Positions 41,243 through 56,782 of a stretch of 64,000 bases of DNA are shown in pieces. Source of the DNA: Octopus vulgaris (Eukaryota); NCBI GenBank assembly GCA_951406725.2, contig OX597818.1, forward strand, positions 102,424,001-102,488,000, given 5' to 3'. Position 1 is the stretch's first letter. Every line of letters begins with the position of its first letter. The position numbers were made by a program, and so were the translations under genes. The notes under the pieces were generated by a model. That model was not told the DNA's origin. It saw only the letters and a program-made list of their open reading frames with translations, and searched no databases.

Positions 41243-42014
41243 AGATATCTATATTTACCCAAACATACACACACACAAACACCCACACACACGCACACAC
41301 ACACACACATACACACACACACATATATATTTATATATATTTACGTCATGCTCTCTATTTAGGTTAGGGTTTATTAAAGAGTCTAGGGACTAGGATATTC
41401 AAGCTCACTCACTATCTCTCCTCTATTGCTTATGCATAACAGAAATTGTAGATAGATGGATTTCTAACATCTCACCTGCTATGTCTAAATATAATTGGAT
41501 GGAAAAATATGCACTTATACGTGCATGATTCAGTAACTACTTGTATTAGTGTTTATGAGGCGCGTGAGGCACATGTGTGTGTGTAAATGCGCCTTTACAT
41601 GTGTGTATTTATATATATATGGGTGGGTAGATCATTTGCTTTAGCTGTCTTATATTAATTAACTGATCAGTTTCACAATTGGTTTGACAATATCTAAACT
41701 TTTCCGAGCAGATGGATTTAGATCAATCACATTCTCTCACCATAAAACGCTGTTACACATATAAATTTCACTTCATATCATGAAGGTCATACCACCAACT
41801 TTTAGAAATTCTGGTTGTAGGTGTTAACACATTCATTCTTCCAACCGAAAAGTGAGGGTTTTTTACAAAATTTTGAGAAAACGTTATGAAAAATAAAATG
41901 TTATACATAGTCATGATTTAAATGCGGCATTAGGCACTCACTCACACACATATATATATAAGTGTGTGAGTGTGTGTGTGTGTGTGTGTGTGCGTGCGTC
42001 TGTGTGTAACCACA

Positions 42015-42120
42015 TCAAGACTATAGTAGAAGACACTAACCCAAGGTGCAACACAGTGGGACTGAACCCGGAACCATGTGCTTCGTAAGCTACCTACTTA
42101 CCACACAGCCACTCCTACCT
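42015..42120 (-). mobile_element. CORE-like SINE head
   Basis: Minus strand GGAGTGGCTGTGTGGTAAG...GGTTCCGGGTTCAGTCCCACTGTGTTGCACCTTGGG; matches 52600-52692. Confidence 0.75.
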
Positions 42121-42127
42121 TTCTAAC

Positions 42128-43225
42128 ATGGAAGTATCCAAAGAGTATGTGATGCACATGATACTTTATGTGTACAAAAAGTAATCTCTGCAGCCGAAGC
42201 TACTCCAAACATGCACTTAGTTTATGGGAAAGAATGCTTGAATGAAATAAATTGCAGAACATCCTCTGCAAATTTCAGAAGTGGAGGATTCGGCCTTGAA
42301 GATGAAGATCGAACAGGATGTCCAGTTGAGTTTGATGATAAGCTCCTTGAGGCATTACTTGAAGAAAATCCTGCTTTATCAGTCGAAGAATTGGCAATAA
42401 AGCTTAGTTCAAACCATACAACTGTTTATTGTCATCTTCAACATTTCGGAAAGGTTCCTAAACTTGGAAAATGGGTACCTCATGAATTGTCCGAAAGAAA
42501 CCGCAAGTCCGGAGTTAACATTTGCTCTTCTCTCTATTCTCTTGAACGCATTTCACCCTTTTCCGATAGACTTGTGACTGGTGACGAAAAATGGATCTAT
42601 CGAAATGATAAACGTCTGAAGCAGTGGCTTAGTAAAAGGGACAAAGCACAACCGAGAAGGGAACTTCATGGGAAAAAGATTCTTCTCCCTATCTAGTGGG
42701 ATTGCAAAAGAGTAATTCACTTTGAATTATTACCACCTAATGCAACAATCAATGCTCAAGTCTACTGTCAATAATTAGAACGTTTGTACCAAGCTTTGAC
42801 GAAAAATAGAACCCGCTTTAGTGAATCGAAAAGGAGCGATGTTTCATCAGGACAACGCTCGACCACACGCTGCAAAGATCACATCAAAGACGATCGAAGA
42901 TCTTGATTGGTAAAAAAACAATTCTTATCCACCTTATTCTCCTGAACTTGCTTCTTCGGAATACCATTTGTTTCGTAGTTTACAGAATCATTTGTGGGAC
43001 ATAACTTTCGCAAGCCAGGTGGAGGTCAAAACTTACATTTCGGATTTCTTCGTTTTGAAACCAAAAGAGTTTTACATTGGTGGGATTAAAAAGCTTGTTA
43101 ATAGATGGAAGGAAATCATAGATAATCAGGAAAAGTACATCGATGATTAAATTTCAATTAAAAATGACATTTGATCACTTGTTTTCTATATTCAAAATTC
43201 GGACAGAACTTATCGAATGACCTGA
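42128..43225 (+). mobile_element. Mariner relic (DD34D pseudogene, 3' TIR present, 5' TIR missing)
   Basis: Motifs KWVPHEL, VTGDEKW, FHQDNARPH, PPYSPELASSEYHLF and KYIDD*; ends GGACAGAACTTATCGAATGACCTGA followed by TA; several stops and frameshifts. Confidence 0.92.
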
Positions 43226-43439
43226 TAATGAAGAAGTTTTAAACAGGCCATATTCAAAATTGGTAAAACTAACCATTGTCGAGTATAAATTAAATTTATT
43301 ATTGTTACTGAATATGTTAGCATTATTTAATATATTAAAGATTTTGCTGACTTTTGTTTATATAGTTTAATTACTTTATCCATCAGTTTCTACTAACTCA
43401 GAGATGCGCGTAAAATTAATAATAGAGAAGCGAAAATAA

Positions 43440-43751
43440 AGAAAATAAAACAGTAACGACGCTATGAATTACGTGGGTACCATGAGCGTGATTTTAAGGG
43501 AGATAATCAGATACAGATTTGTAAACGAACGTAAGATCGTAATATTTCATCTAATGTAAATATAACAAATAATCCAGAATCCTTGTCGTATACCGGATCG
43601 ATGCTAAAATCGAATCCGCTCGGGCTAGTCACGTGGCCAAACATCAGTGAACATTTCATCCGAATTCATCCAGCGGTTCTTGAGATGTCATGTCCAGAGT
43701 CAAACAAACAAACACGACTGAAATAATACCTCCGCCTTCGCTAAGGCGGAT

Positions 43752-43755
<4 letters not shown>
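43440..43755 (-). mobile_element. Helentron-associated (HINE/DINE-like) non-autonomous element
   Basis: Terminal hairpin TCCGCCTT-CGCT-AAGGCGGA (43731-43750) followed on the minus strand by a (GTTT)n microsatellite and a core; organisation typical of HINEs. Left boundary uncertain. Confidence 0.5.
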
Positions 43756-43830
<75 letters not shown>

Positions 43831-44039
43831 ACCGGGGGACGTTTAAGATGTAAGAACGATAAAACAGAGCTCCGAAATCTATCCACAAACATCGAAAACA
43901 AGGACATCGTATGGAGCCAAAGATTTACTAACAAAGGATTGGACTGTATCCGAGTAAGTAATACTCATTGAAATTTATTACTATTTTCGAAACGAAATGA
44001 TGTATTTTGACTCGATATCATCTCCACCTCTAACACAAG

Positions 44040-47364
<3,325 letters not shown>

Positions 47365-47368
47365 TAAT

Positions 47369-47405
<37 letters not shown>

Positions 47406-47461
47406 GTAATAATAATAATAATAATTATTATTATCATTATTATTATCATTTTTTTCAGAAT

Positions 47462-47645
47462 CGGTACAGTGTTTGAAATCTTTCGGGAGGAGCTGTCGAT
47501 TACCTCGGACCCAGGTTTTGACTAGTTCTTATTTTATCGACCACGAAAAATGAAAAGCGAAAGCGAGCTCGGCGGGAATTTGAACGTAAAGCAAGAAATG
47601 TACCTTTGCATTTTGGCTGGTTTGCTAACGACTCTGCCAGGTCGA
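47462..47645 (-). mobile_element. Diverged Deu/Nin-like SINE
   Basis: TTTTATCGACCACGAAAAATGAAAAGCGAAAGCGAGCTCGGCGGGAATTTGAAC...GCTAACGACTCTGCCAG. Confidence 0.7.
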
Positions 47646-47650
47646 TGAAC

Positions 47651-47783
<133 letters not shown>

Positions 47784-47841
47784 GATGATGAAAATAATAA
47801 TGATAATAACAAAAACAACAACAACAACAACAATAATAATG

Positions 47842-47872
<31 letters not shown>

Positions 47873-50299
47873 GAGTTCCTACTATACTTTCAATATTTTG
47901 CGTAGCGCAAAAGACGAAAATATTCAAATTAAAATATATACTTATATTATATGGCGAATGATGTTGAACAGAAATAACGATACGAAAGATATTGCTCTAA
48001 TTTATTTTGCCACATGCCCTTTGGGACATAAAATGTCGTTACACGATTACATTTTCCCTTCACCTCTACATATAAGAACATGTCTATAAATCTTTAGAAG
48101 CCATCGATATAATAAATATGTTTCCTCCGTTAATGCCATTTTTGCATTGGGAATTTCATAAATTACGTTTCTTACGCAACGATATCCCAACATAGATATT
48201 GATCTGTAATTAACAGATACTCCAGCCAAAAGATTAAATTGAATTTCAACTTGAAGATGATGTTGTCTTTGAACATTTTATTGAATACCTATTTTTGAAA
48301 TAAACATCAAAGTGACACATAAAGTAAAAACCAAATCTAAGACATTTTTGCCAATAGATAACGATGTATCCTGCGGTAGATAGTATTATTATCATTTTTT
48401 GCCATTGGCAACTCTGCTCAGGAGTTTTAGCAACTAAATTACGTTCCTTGCGACACGCCAAATTGAAACACTACAGAAGTTTCTCTAGTAACATAACGCT
48501 TCAGCCATCTAGAATATGATTATTCCACTGATATTCATAAGCACGGAAAACCAGCACAGAATTAGACACAGAATCAAATCAGATATAATCTAAATATATG
48601 GATAGTTATTTACTCAAAATATGGAGTCTGCTCGATAATTATGTAATATTCATTATCTATTTGGCACATCAAGATAGTCAATGAGTAAACCGGCACCAAT
48701 ATGTGATGTGCATTTTTTTTGTGTGTTTTGCTTTTAATATATAGGCAATTATGCTGTCTGGTTTATTACATTATTTTTTAGCATTCCTTTCATGCTGAAT
48801 TTTCTATTAGAATATTAAAATTATTTTCCACCGTCTATATTATGCTTATGAATAGGTTCTATATCTGTGTAATTACTTTAGTTAACGACAGACAATACTA
48901 AATTATCGATTGCTATATTGATATATTTTTCTTTTTGAATAATGCATTTTTTCTTTCTTAAATTTTAAATGACTTGGCTACTGTACCATTTGATAACATA
49001 AATAGTAGCTACTTTAACTGGTCTGCAACGTTTTCAAAAGGTCCTATGCTGTCCATACTTCGGTTTCATGTTAAATAACCGGAAATTAATTTCATGTCAT
49101 CTTCACAACGACTGACGTTACCTGTAAGCGACTTGTATTGTTCAAGCTTTTAAGTTTTCTTATCTAATGAAAGTACCATATAGTTATGTATATCGTCGCC
49201 AGTGTGAAATTAGAACGATTCAGAACTAAAGAAAATTCTTATAAAGTTTAAGTGTCATCACAGAAAACAAACCTGTCTAAGCTGAACGAAAGAAAAAGAA
49301 TATTAATCATTCTCTGATCCTTATCATTCAACCTAATTATAGGGAGGTTAATTCTGCGTCCTAACGTATGATATATGAAGTGCTTCCTTCTTTGTCTGTA
49401 AACCCATTTCATCTATACTGGATCTTAGAAGAGAACATTATAAGACACATCAATATTTATCTTGCTGATGATCTGTTTTCATAATATGGAATTTAGCCTA
49501 AAATAATTGAAACTACACTGATTGAATGAAGTCTTCCTATATTTACATATAGTTATGTTAGTAATTTGCAAATATAACTATATCAAATTGTAAAAAAAAT
49601 GAGATTGTTAACGGTCTGGATAAACACAGACCTGATTCGTTTTTTTTTTTATCCTTGATTTATTTCACAGCTTTAGGAATGTTACTGGTTGAATTCTATC
49701 ATTAATGAGTAGATGGTAACTGAGAATTACCAACACTTCTCTCCCGCTGTTTACAGTCAGACGGATTTCAATATAGTACATTCGGAAGAAAATAATATGT
49801 AGCTTGTTTGCGCGTAAAACAATTTTGCCACTTAGTGGAAGGAAGGAATTTGAAAATTTATGTACACCTAAAGTCGTTAACGCTTGATTTATAGACGTAA
49901 TTTCACGAAATGTTTTTTCATATTAAATTGGTTTTAGGTAATTGGCTACTTGAACAAATCAGTAGTATGTTTTACAGAAAGGCATCTTCTTACTCCCTAA
50001 ATTCACCTATTCATTTCCTATGGAGTCCAAAAAGTAAGACAAAAAAATATACATAATAACCAACAAAAATTATGCTACTTCCTAACAGCAAACACGATAT
50101 ATATCATTAACCTTTTGACTGAGTAATTAAATTTTATAGTAATTACACTAATGATGTTAATTATTCACCCAAAACAGAATTGTTATTTTCTGCAATTATA
50201 ATATATTTTTGTCTGTCGTGTAGGTACAGTTTTTGTATCTAGCATTAAGCTATAGGATTCCGGCTCTGTAAAATGATGCTTGTTGAAATATATAGAACT

Positions 50300-50685
50300 A
50301 CTAGCAGTATCGCCCGGCGTTGCTTGGGTTTGTTTCAACCCTTTAGAATTAGAATGTTTGAAAAGTAACAAGTTTGCCTTATGTAGCGTGTTACTCTCTT
50401 TAAGTTAACCCTTTTTTTGGTTGAAATATACCGAAAAATGGCGACACAGCAATAAAAAAAAATCGTTAAAAATAGGGATTTTCATAAAAAAAGCACCTTT
50501 GTGATATAAATAATGCTTGGTCTTAACACGGTCCGATTTGAATTTCATTTTCTACGGAATGAAGAGCAAGCCTTTTTCTATCATACTCTCAATTTTGGTC
50601 AAGTTCCTCCACAGGGTCTCGAAGGGGATAGTGTTAGTTGAAGGCTACCAAACCTGCCACACACAGACAACTTCAGATTAATATC
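50300..50685 (+). mobile_element. Helitron/Helentron-like non-autonomous element
   Basis: Starts ACTAGCAGTATCGCCCGGCGTTGCTTGGG (hairpin-forming) and ends ...CACACACAGACAACTTCAG; organisation recalled from Lep1/DINE-type elements. Confidence 0.5.
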
Positions 50686-51574
50686 TGAAAAAACTGTATA
50701 TAGTAAAATGCGTCGCTGCGGATGTCATTGTTTGTTGCAACCTGCGTTGTGTGGTAACAAAGCTCTCCGCAGTCAACTATAATAACATTTTGAGAGAGTA
50801 TATCGGTTTCACAGGATTTGAGGTTGAATACGCAACAAAAAAATATCAAAAATATGAAGAAACTATCTTTTCTAGTAATAGATTATTTGCTTAATTTATT
50901 ATACAGGATTTTGTTTGTTGAATATTGAATATATTCCCTGCTAAATATTTGTACATGCAAAACATGAAATTATATTTTAATGTCGTATTGTCTCATTGCG
51001 AGTTGTTTGAAACGCAGAGAATTTATTTATTTTCTTCGTCTCTCGATATACATTCTGTAACTTTCATGGAAAACTGTTTAATTCAATATATTCTATAAAT
51101 TGAATTTCAATTTCAAATTTCTCGAATTAATTTTCCATAAATTTGTCACATTTTGTCATTTTAGCTGATCTCTTGGATTCGCATATCTTCATTCTCTTTT
51201 GTCTATTCTTTCTAATTTTCGTTTAAACTATTACAAAATACTAAATTTATGAGAATATTTCAATGGCATTAGCGTCTTGTTTTGGTAATTTTATTGTTAG
51301 TATTAAGGTCGCTGTAAAGCGAAGAAATGTTAGAGTGACTAAGCGCGCGAGAAATATACCTTCGGATTTCAGCTTAACTGCTTTCAAATTTGGTTCTAAA
51401 TCACATTAAATTAACATTTGTATCTTCCTATCTTCAACTCTTAGAAGATAAATAATATATTTAGTAGTTAAATAATATATTTACAATAAAACGCAAATAT
51501 TCTCTGTGCCTGTGAAATCCTCTATCCCTGCCGAAAGGCTTTATTTCCACATACGCCAGCTTAATTCATTTCGC

Positions 51575-52130
51575 GGTTGCCTGTGTCCATGAGCTGAGCG
51601 GTGATGAGCAAGCAGACCAGCGGAGATTGTGGTTCGTTGACTTTTGTTGTTGTCACTTAAAGCATGTGGAACACATGCTCCAATTTTCTGAACCTTTCCC
51701 TACGAATGAAGATGCTTCTCTATAGCATTGTGGGATTATTCTATTTTCTCTGCCATTTCCATTGTCGTTTGAAGAGAATTTTCGTGCAAAAGTGTGTTTA
51801 ATTGCTCTTCATCGAATTCATCTGAATGGCCAGAACAAAGTGCATCTTTGAGGTCAAAATTTCCATTTTGAACTTAGCAAATCAATCACGAGTGGTTCAT
51901 TCAGCTATGGCATCCTACCTCACCATACACAGCACAAATGGCGTTAGCAGTTTTCGTGGCCTTAGAACCTTGATTAAAAGCAAAAAGGAGGTGTCGAAAA
52001 TGCTCGTTTTTTCTTAACTTGACATTCCATTTTGATGATCTGAAAACAAACACAAATTAACTAAAATTAAGTAGAAAAAAATAGATTCCAAAATTTTTTA
52101 AACGGCGGGAACTTAGTTGCTAACACAATT
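51575..52130 (-). pseudogene. 5' half of a mariner element (TIR plus HTH region)
   Basis: Minus strand MECQVKKNEHFRHLLFAFNQGSKATKTANAICAVYGE...NGNFDLKD; TIR-like GGCGGGAACTTAGTTGCTAACACAAT at 52104-52129. Confidence 0.75.
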
Positions 52131-52193
52131 CTGATATATATATATATATACAGAGACACAGAGATACACGCACATACATACACCAACATATAT

Positions 52194-52264
<71 letters not shown>

Positions 52265-52299
52265 TATGTGTGTGTGTATAAGTTTCTATCTATGAATAC

Positions 52300-52692
52300 T
52301 TTTAGTCTTTTATCCTCTTAGTTTTTCAGTTTTTTTACTGCGGCCATGCTGGAGCACCGCATTTAGTCGAACTAATAGAACCCAGGACCTATTCGTTGTA
52401 AGCCTAGTACTTATTCTACCGGGCACCTTCACTGGACCGCTAAGTTACGGGAACATTAACATACCAACATCATTTGTCAAGCGATTAGGAGTCAAACACA
52501 GACACACAAATACATATACACATATATATATACGACAGGTTTCTTTCAGTTTTACATTTCCAAATCCACGGACAAGGTTTTGGTCGTCGCGTGGCTATAG
52601 CAGAAGGCATATACTCAAGGTTCCCCGCAGTGGTAGTGAACCCGGAACCATGTGCTTGGGAAACAAGTTTCTTTCCATACTGCCGCTCCTGT
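52300..52692 (-). mobile_element. CORE-like tRNA SINE
   Basis: Reverse complement of the 12185-12585 family (ACTGCGGCCATGCTGGAGCACCGC; GAACCCGGAACCATG). Confidence 0.75.
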
Positions 52693-53057
52693 ATGTATAT
52701 ACATCATATAATTGAATAAAATAATGAAATATAATAACTTATGGAATTTAAATCCTTAATATTGAATATGTTAATCAATTACAACTATATATTTCAACAT
52801 ATATTTCTGTAGTTAGTAGTTATTATTCCATTGAATAATCTTATATATTCAACAGAAGAGTAGTTATAATTGACAGCTATCTAAAGTGATGGACATATAA
52901 GCAGGTTTGAAGAAGAACGTCACAACACATTATTCAGATATGAATAGATGACATTTGAATTTAGATGTAGCATATAATATGAGCTCCTTTGCTGAACAGC
53001 TACCTATTAATCACTCAGACAACTCCTTCTTCTCTCTCCTTTCTTCTTTCCCTTTCT

Positions 53058-53097
<40 letters not shown>

Positions 53098-54804
53098 TGT
53101 TCAAGATAGGGAAGGAGAGAGAATCTAAACATACTACACACTGCGAACTCACATTAATAAATAAATACAATATTGAAATAATACATTCGTATTCAAAGCA
53201 TGTCATTTTCAATCCTTACGAAACATTGCCATCGTGTCTCTGTATGTGCGTGTATTTGTATTCTTGTGTGGGTGTATGTTTGTGATATACATCGACACAT
53301 CTGACACCGTACATACATCAATGTTCTTCAAATGGCTGTGATTTTATTCCAGTGCTGGCAATTTATGGGTTGATGCCAGTGTGCATGTATGTTTCATTAT
53401 TGTTGCGTTGTTAATCATACACAGAAGCAAGCAGAATTATGTTGACATTTGACATACATAACAACTGCTTGCGTCTGTTTTTATCTGTGCACGAATCGGA
53501 ATATACGTGAAGCATTATGCTCATCTGTATGTCAAGAAAGGCGCATTTCTACAACGTCATCTGTCAAAATCTGCAAATGACTACCGGACAAACATCAGCA
53601 ACTGCCCGACAAAAGAAAAAAACATCTCAGCTAAATGAAAAACCACTTATTATTTACAATACAGACACCAAACAAAATATTCAATTTCACTGTTAAGCTA
53701 CTTTTTATTTATGGAATTTGAATTCTTGACAGACGAAATTTATAGGAGCGGTAATGGTCTAAACAACTATGGCAATATTTAAAAATTAGCATGGGAAAAT
53801 ATTTCCCCAAAGCCACCGGTTCTAACTCATTCCATTAGTTCTAGCAGAAACACGAAGTCACATATTGTATGGAAGAGAGTTATTCGTTATATTTCCGCCC
53901 TTATTTCTTTGACTGTTTTCTTTACCGCGTTGATGACAATAAAATGCAACACATACCTACGCTACTTTAAACTGAAAATATAAAAGAATTAACATAGCCT
54001 TTATTGAAATATTCTACAGATTCTACCGTCTGATTTAACAACAATATTAACAATTAATTTTTTTATGATTGGCCCTGTGTCAAACATATTTTCCAGCTGG
54101 TGTACTGTCTATTGTAGATTCATTCAAACTTTTATAGTTATTTCTAATAATATATAAAATTGATGCCAAGGGACAGGTCACGTAATATGGACAAGATTAC
54201 ACCCGATTAAATCGATTCAGTTGGTAAAAGTTTCGACTTGTGAAGGAGGTGTTCTTTATGCTATTCTACGTAAATGCTAAGCCAGCATATGTTATTATAG
54301 CCTATCTCACTCTAATTGTGAACTTTCTAATATCCCTCTAGAAACACATAACGAAAAAGATACCAAATATTCCCCTTAATACAATATAAAACGAACAACG
54401 TAAAATGGATACTAGAATATATATTAACACTTGATTGCACATGCGGTTTCAAAGGATATGCGTATTCTTCAACACTGAAGAAATGAAGTGTCCTCGACCA
54501 TTATTTTTACTGGTGGGCATATTTGCAAAAGAATCCTAGCTTTAAATTGTAGAGATGTAAATGATTACGAAGACGGAAGAAACATAGAGAATATATAAGA
54601 TGGAATATTGCAGATTATTATGAACTATAAAAAATTAAATTAAATTAAATGGTTAGCGTAATGAAGAGGAAAGAGATATAATACAATCCATCGGTTACAA
54701 CGACGAGGGTTCCATTTGATCCGATCAGATGAATAGCATGCTTGTGAAATTAAGGTGCAAGTGACTGAGCATTCTACAGGCACGCTTACTCTTAACGTGC
54801 TTTA

Positions 54805-54948
54805 CGTTCTGAGTTCAAATTCCACCGGGTCGACTTTACTTTTCATCCTTTCGGGTCGATAGATTAAGTACCAGTTGCGTACTGGAGTCGATCCCATTGA
54901 CTGGCCCCTTCTCCCCAAATTTCAGGATTTGTCCCTATAGTAGAAAGT
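54805..54948 (+). mobile_element. Deu/Nin-like SINE, 5'-truncated, fused to another repeat fragment (54685-54800)
   Basis: GAGTTCAAATTCCACCGGGTCGACTTTACTTTTCATCCTTTCGGGTCGATAGATTAAGTACCAG. Confidence 0.8.
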
Positions 54949-55070
54949 ATAACTTTTAGTCAGAGTCATACTGACAAAAACTCATCATACCACTTACTTT
55001 CCCTCTCTTTCTCTAGCTATCTACCTATCTCTACATCTCTTTGTATATCCATCTATCTCTCTCTCTATCT

Positions 55071-55138
<68 letters not shown>

Positions 55139-55145
55139 ATATATA

Positions 55146-55675
55146 TGGTGCCTGCTCCCTCGTTATCGAGTATGCCCATTGCACGAAGCTTAATCAATAT
55201 TGTTATCATGCAATGCCTGTGCAAGAAAATGTTTTTAAAGTGAGGAAAGGCTGTGCACTGAGTCAATCCTACTCACTAAGCAGCAGCACCCATAATCCGA
55301 AAAGAAGAACAAGTCAACATCATCGGTAACCCCTGAGCCGCAGGTTTTATGTCGGAGTTATCCCAGTTACCTGAGTTACCTTCTACTAGAAGGATGCCCA
55401 AACAAAGGCTAGGAGTCCTTCACTCCCAATGGTTTAACTGCGTGATCGGGTATTCAGTCCGATTATTTCTATGTCCCCGCGCATGATACACCATTAAGAC
55501 ATTTATTGGATGGCCGTTGACTCTCAAGAGTTCCTCCGCCCTTTGACGGGTTTTGTTTTCATCCCGCAGTGTGTCCAAGCTTGCTGCGGCTGCCTGTTTA
55601 GTCGCCGACGACCCGACCATGGAATAGGTTGTACTGGGTTACATGTTACCAGTAGCACTCGAAAGTGTCCTGACA
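55146..55675 (-). mobile_element. GC-richer island, probable 5' UTR of an RTE-like LINE
   Basis: Bounded by microsatellites; AGTTACCTTCTACTAGAAGGATGCC..AAGGCTAGGAG resembles antisense RTE 5'-UTR motifs from memory; no ORF. Confidence 0.35.
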
Positions 55676-55678
55676 CAA

Positions 55679-55751
<73 letters not shown>

Positions 55752-55850
55752 TATATATATATATTTATAATAGGATTAGCTCGTATACGAGTAGGTATAT
55801 ATTTGTAAAAAATGAAGTTCGAAAATGCTGCTGTATTATACAATTTTTAA

Positions 55851-55921
55851 TTTTTATATATACATTATAACATGTTTCAGTTCCTGAAATGAACCTTATC
55901 AAAAAAAGTTATATATAAAAA
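55851..55921 (-). ncRNA. Variant type I hammerhead ribozyme in the left pLTR
   Basis: Mirror copy of 60269-60339. Confidence 0.55.
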
Positions 55922-56243
55922 GAGACAGCTCATGCCGTCAAACACAAGAAATTCATTTATAATACACAACGGAGTCAGACATCTTAGAGTTCATGTATAG
56001 TTGATATATAGTTCATGTATAGTTGATATATAGTTTGAAGTATATTTCAAAGTGTTCGATGCAGTGGCCCACGGTGGCGATACGTATTCAATACAAAAAA
56101 CAGATCAAAGTGGTGGAAAGCGGTCAATACAGAAGATTGATGTTTCCGAAAGAGCGAGGAATTCATTTTTACCTTAAGCAATTGTGATGACCCATGGTGG
56201 AAGTTCGCTGGGTGGTTCTAGTGATTTTTTGTGAAATGCTTGG

Positions 56244-56616
56244 TTTTATAATGCCTGTTAGGTGGTCAATCTAGCGTAGCGTGACGTCATCAATGTTTTG
56301 ACCAATCGTTTCGTTAGGTGGCTTTAATCAAGTGGAACGGGACGTCATCATTATTTTGACCAATCGCTGCATTATAACTCCTCTTGTTTGTTTCCTGTCT
56401 TGACCAGTCGCTTCGTTAGTCAAGCATAGCGGGATGTCATTCAGATTCTGCCCAATCACGACTTATAGCTACATTAGATCTGCCCCCTGTCTGTACTTGT
56501 TAGGTGACTATTCAAGCAGAAAAGGACGTCATCAATATTCTGACTAATGACTGTCCCCTGTTTGTATCCTGTCCATTCTAGCAGAGCTAGACGTCATCAA
56601 CTTGTTGACCAATCAG
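56244..56616 (-). promoter_or_regulatory. pLTR promoter: 5x (ATTGG-N12-TGACGTC) plus TATAAAA, pointing left
   Basis: Mirror copy of 59573-59946. Confidence 0.7.
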
Positions 56617-56782
56617 AATCGGGTCTGACCCTTAGCTGTATCGTATGTATCAGGGTCAGATTTGCACGAAAGAATTTTTTTCCTTTTTTTACTAAGGCAT
56701 ATTTCCGTCAGAGTGAGTGTCTGTTTGAAGTAGCGGCCGTGGTGAAATTTGGTTCTCCTTTTCGGAGGACTTATCTTTTGTT

